Shown: in pieces, positions 60,901 to 64,000 of the stretch
How the letters are laid out: each line of letters starts with the position of its first letter
Position numbering within the stretch: the first letter of the stretch is position 1
Source: Squalus acanthias
Taxonomy: Eukaryota
Reading direction: 5' to 3'
DNA length: 64,000 nucleotides
Assembly (NCBI GenBank): GCA_030390025.1
Contig: JASTWF010000033.1
Span: 2,420,001-2,484,000, forward strand
Position numbers and translations under genes: made by a program
Notes under the pieces: generated by a model
Told to the model about the DNA's origin: nothing
The model's input: the letters and a program-made list of their open reading frames with translations, nothing else
Databases searched by the model: none

Positions 60901-63900
60901 GTGAGACCGAGATTGAGAGAGAGTGAGACCGAGACTGAGAGAGAGTGAGAGACAGAGACTGAGAGAGTGAGAGACAGAGACTGAGAGAGAGTGAGACCGA
61001 GACTGAGTCAGAGTGAGACCGAGCCTGAGAGAGAGTGAGACCGAGACAGAGAGAGAGTGAGACCGAGACTGAGAGAGAGTGAGACCGAGATTGAGACAGA
61101 GTGAGACCGAGACTGAGAGAGAGTGAGACCGAGATTGAGAGAGAGTGAGAGACAGAGACTGAGAGAGAGTGAGACCGAGACTGAGAGAGTGAGAGACCGA
61201 GACTGAGAGAGAATGAGACCGAGATTAAGAGAGAGTGAGAGCGAGATTGAGAGTGAGAGAGAGACCGAGACTGAGAGAGAGTGAGACCGAGATTGAGACA
61301 GAGTGAGACCGAGACTGAGAGAGAGTGAGACCGAGATTGAGAGAGAGTGAGAGACAGAGACTGAGAGAGAGTGAGACCGAGACTGAGAGAGAGTGAGACC
61401 GAGACTGAGAGAGAGTGAGACCGAGATTGAGAGAGAGTGAGACCGAGATTGAGAGAGAGTGAGAGACAGAGACTGAGAGAGAGTGAGACCGAGACTGAGA
61501 GAGAGTGAGACCGAGACTGAGAGAGAGTGAGACCGAGACTGAGTCAGAAAGAGACCGAGACTGAGAGAGAGTGAGACCGAGACTGAGTCAGAGTGAGACC
61601 GAGACTGAGAGAGAGTGAGACCGAGATTGAGAGAGAGTGAGACCGAGACTGAGAGAGAGTGAGAGACAGAGACTGAGAGAGTGAGAGACAGAGACTGAGA
61701 GAGAGTGAGACCGAGACTGAGTCAGAGTGAGACCGAGCCTGAGAGAGAGTGAGACCGAGACAGAGAGAGAGTGAGACCGAGACTGAGAGAGAGTGAGACC
61801 GAGATTGAGAGAGAGTGAGACCGAGACTGAGAGAGTGAGAGACCGAGACTGAGAGAGAGTGAGACCGAGATTGAGAGAGAGTGAGACCGAGACTGAGAGA
61901 GAGTGAGAGACAGAGACTGAGAGAGAGTGAGACCGAGACTGAGTCAGAGTGAGACCGAGCCTGAGAGAGAGTGAGACCGAGACAGAGAGAGAGTGAGACC
62001 GAGACTGAGAGAGAGTGAGACCGAAATTAAGACAGAGTGAGACCGGGACTCTGATGAGAGTGAGACCGAGATTGAGACAGAGTGAGACCGAAACTGAGAG
62101 AGAGTGAGACCGAGATTAAGACAGAGTGAGACCGGGACTCTGATGAGAGTGAGACCGAGATTGAGACAGAGTGAGACCGAGACTGAGAGAAAATGAGACC
62201 GAGACTGAGAGAGAGTGAGACCGAGAATGAGAGAGAGTGAGACCGAGACTGAGACAGAGTGAGACCGGGACTCTGATGAGAGTGAGACCGAGATTGAGAC
62301 AGAGTGAGACCGAAACTGAGAGAGTGAGACCGAGATTAAGACAGAGTGAGACCGAGACAGAGAGAGAGTGAGACCGAGACTGAGAGAGAGTGAGACCGAG
62401 ATTGAGACAGAGTGAGACCGAGACAGAGAGAGAGTGAGACCGAGATTGAGAGAGAATGAGACCGAGATTAAGACAGAGTGAGACCGAGACTGAGAGAGAG
62501 TGAGACCGAGACTGAGAGAGAGTGAGACCGAGACTGAGAGAGAGTGAGACCGAGACTGAGAGAGAGTGAGACCGAGACTGAGAGAGAGTGAGACCGAGAC
62601 TGAGAGAGAGTGAGACCGAGACTGAGAGAGAATGAGACCGAGACTGAGAGAGAGTGAGACCGAGACTGAGAGAGAGTGAGACCGAGACTGAGAGAGAGTG
62701 AGACCGAGACTGAGAGAGAGTGAGACCGAGACTGAGAGAGAGTGAGACCGATACTGAGAGAGAGTGAGACCGAGACTGAGAGAGAGTGAGACCGAGACTG
62801 AGAGAGAGTGAAACCGAGACTGAGAGAGAGTGAGAGAGAGACTGAGAGAGAGTGAAACCTAGACTGAGAGAGAGTGAGACCGAGACTGAGAGAGAGTGAG
62901 ACCGAGACTGAGAGAGAGTGAGGCCGAGACTGAGAGAGAGTGAGAGAGAGACTGAGAGAGAGTGAGACCGAGACTGAGAGAGAGTGAGACCGAGACTGAG
63001 AGAGAGTGAGACCGAGACTGAGAGAGTGAGACCGATACTGAGAGAGAGTGAGACCGAGACTGAGAGAGAGTGAGAGAGAGACTGAGAGAGAGTGAGACCG
63101 AGACTGAGAGAGAGTGAGACCGAGACTGAGAGAGAGTGAGAACGAGACTGAGAGAGAGTGAGACCGAGACTGAGAGAGAGTGAGACCGAGACTGAGAGAG
63201 AGTGAGAGAGAGACTGAGAGAGAGTGAGACCGAGACTGAGAGAGAGTGAGACCGAGACTGAGAGAGAGTGAGACCGAGACTGAGATTGAATGAGACCGAG
63301 ACTGAGATAGAGTGAGACTGAGACTGAGAGAGAGTGAGACCGAGACTGAGAGAGAGTGAGACCGAGATTAAGAGAGAGTGAGACCGGGACTCTGATGAGA
63401 GTGAGACCGATATTGAGAGTGAGTGAGAGACGGAGACTGAGAGAGAGTGAGACCGAGATTGAGAGAGAATGAGGCCGAGACTGAGAGAGAGTGAGACCGA
63501 GACTGAGAGAGAGTGAAACCGAGATTGAGACAGAGTGAGAGACCGAGACTGAGAGAGAGTGAGACCGAGATTAAGAGAGAGTGAGACCGGGACTCTGATG
63601 AGAGTGAGACCGATATTGAGAGTGAGTGAGAGACGGAGACTGAGAGAGAGTGAGACCGAGATTGAGACAGAGTGAGACCGAGATTGAGACAGAGTGAGAC
63701 CGAGACTGAGAGAGAGTGAGACCGAGACTGAGTCAGAGTGAGACCGAGATTGAGAGTGAGTGAGAAACAGAGACTGAGAGAGAGTGAGACCGAGACTGAG
63801 AGAGAGTGAGACGGTGATTGAGACAGAGTGAGAGACCGAGACTGAGAAAGAGTGAGACTTAGACTGAGAGAGAGTGAGACCGGGACAGAGAGAGAGTGAG

Positions 63901-64000
63901 ACCGAGACTGAGAAAGAGTGATACCGAGACTGAGAGAGATTGAGAGAGAGACTGAGAGAGAATGAGACCGAGACTGAGAGAGAGTGAGACCGAGACTGAG
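51993..64000 (+). repeat. GA-rich 22-bp satellite with higher-order structure, running off the window
   Basis: Unit GAGACTGAGAGAGAGTGAGACC; period 22 (62530, 62552). Confidence 0.95.

Overview
Eukaryotic, repeat-dense DNA, most likely from a cartilaginous fish (inferred from the GPR139-like receptor family and the CR1/L2/Penelope/SINE repertoire). Left to right: (1) a two-exon GPR139-like class A GPCR gene (376-442 + 11153-12133) with a non-GT splice donor and a +1 A-run frameshift, whose 10.7-kb intron is packed with transposable elements; (2) a 29-bp minisatellite; (3) a ~12.1-kb decayed endogenous retrovirus-like provirus (16062-28160) with ~1-kb LTRs, coiled-coil/CCHC gag, protease, YVDD RT, two RNase H domains (degenerate tether plus retroviral type), integrase, and a spliced env-like gene. 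The env combines an Ig-like domain with a paramyxovirus-F-like, furin-cleaved, internally deleted fusion protein. This architecture fits lokiretroviruses, the sister lineage of retroviruses. The LTRs are ~10% divergent where compared and there is no TSD, suggesting a recombinant provirus; (4) a ~1.8-kb tandem unit hosting a near-intact Penelope-like element (RT + GIY-YIG) with hammerhead ribozymes carrying an atypical core, plus short palindromic hammerhead-bearing derivatives and 3-bp-TSD MITEs; (5) ~26 kb of CT-rich then GA-rich satellite with an abrupt strand switch near 51993. Family assignments rest on motif recognition only; no database searches were run. Boundaries of old TE fragments are approximate.
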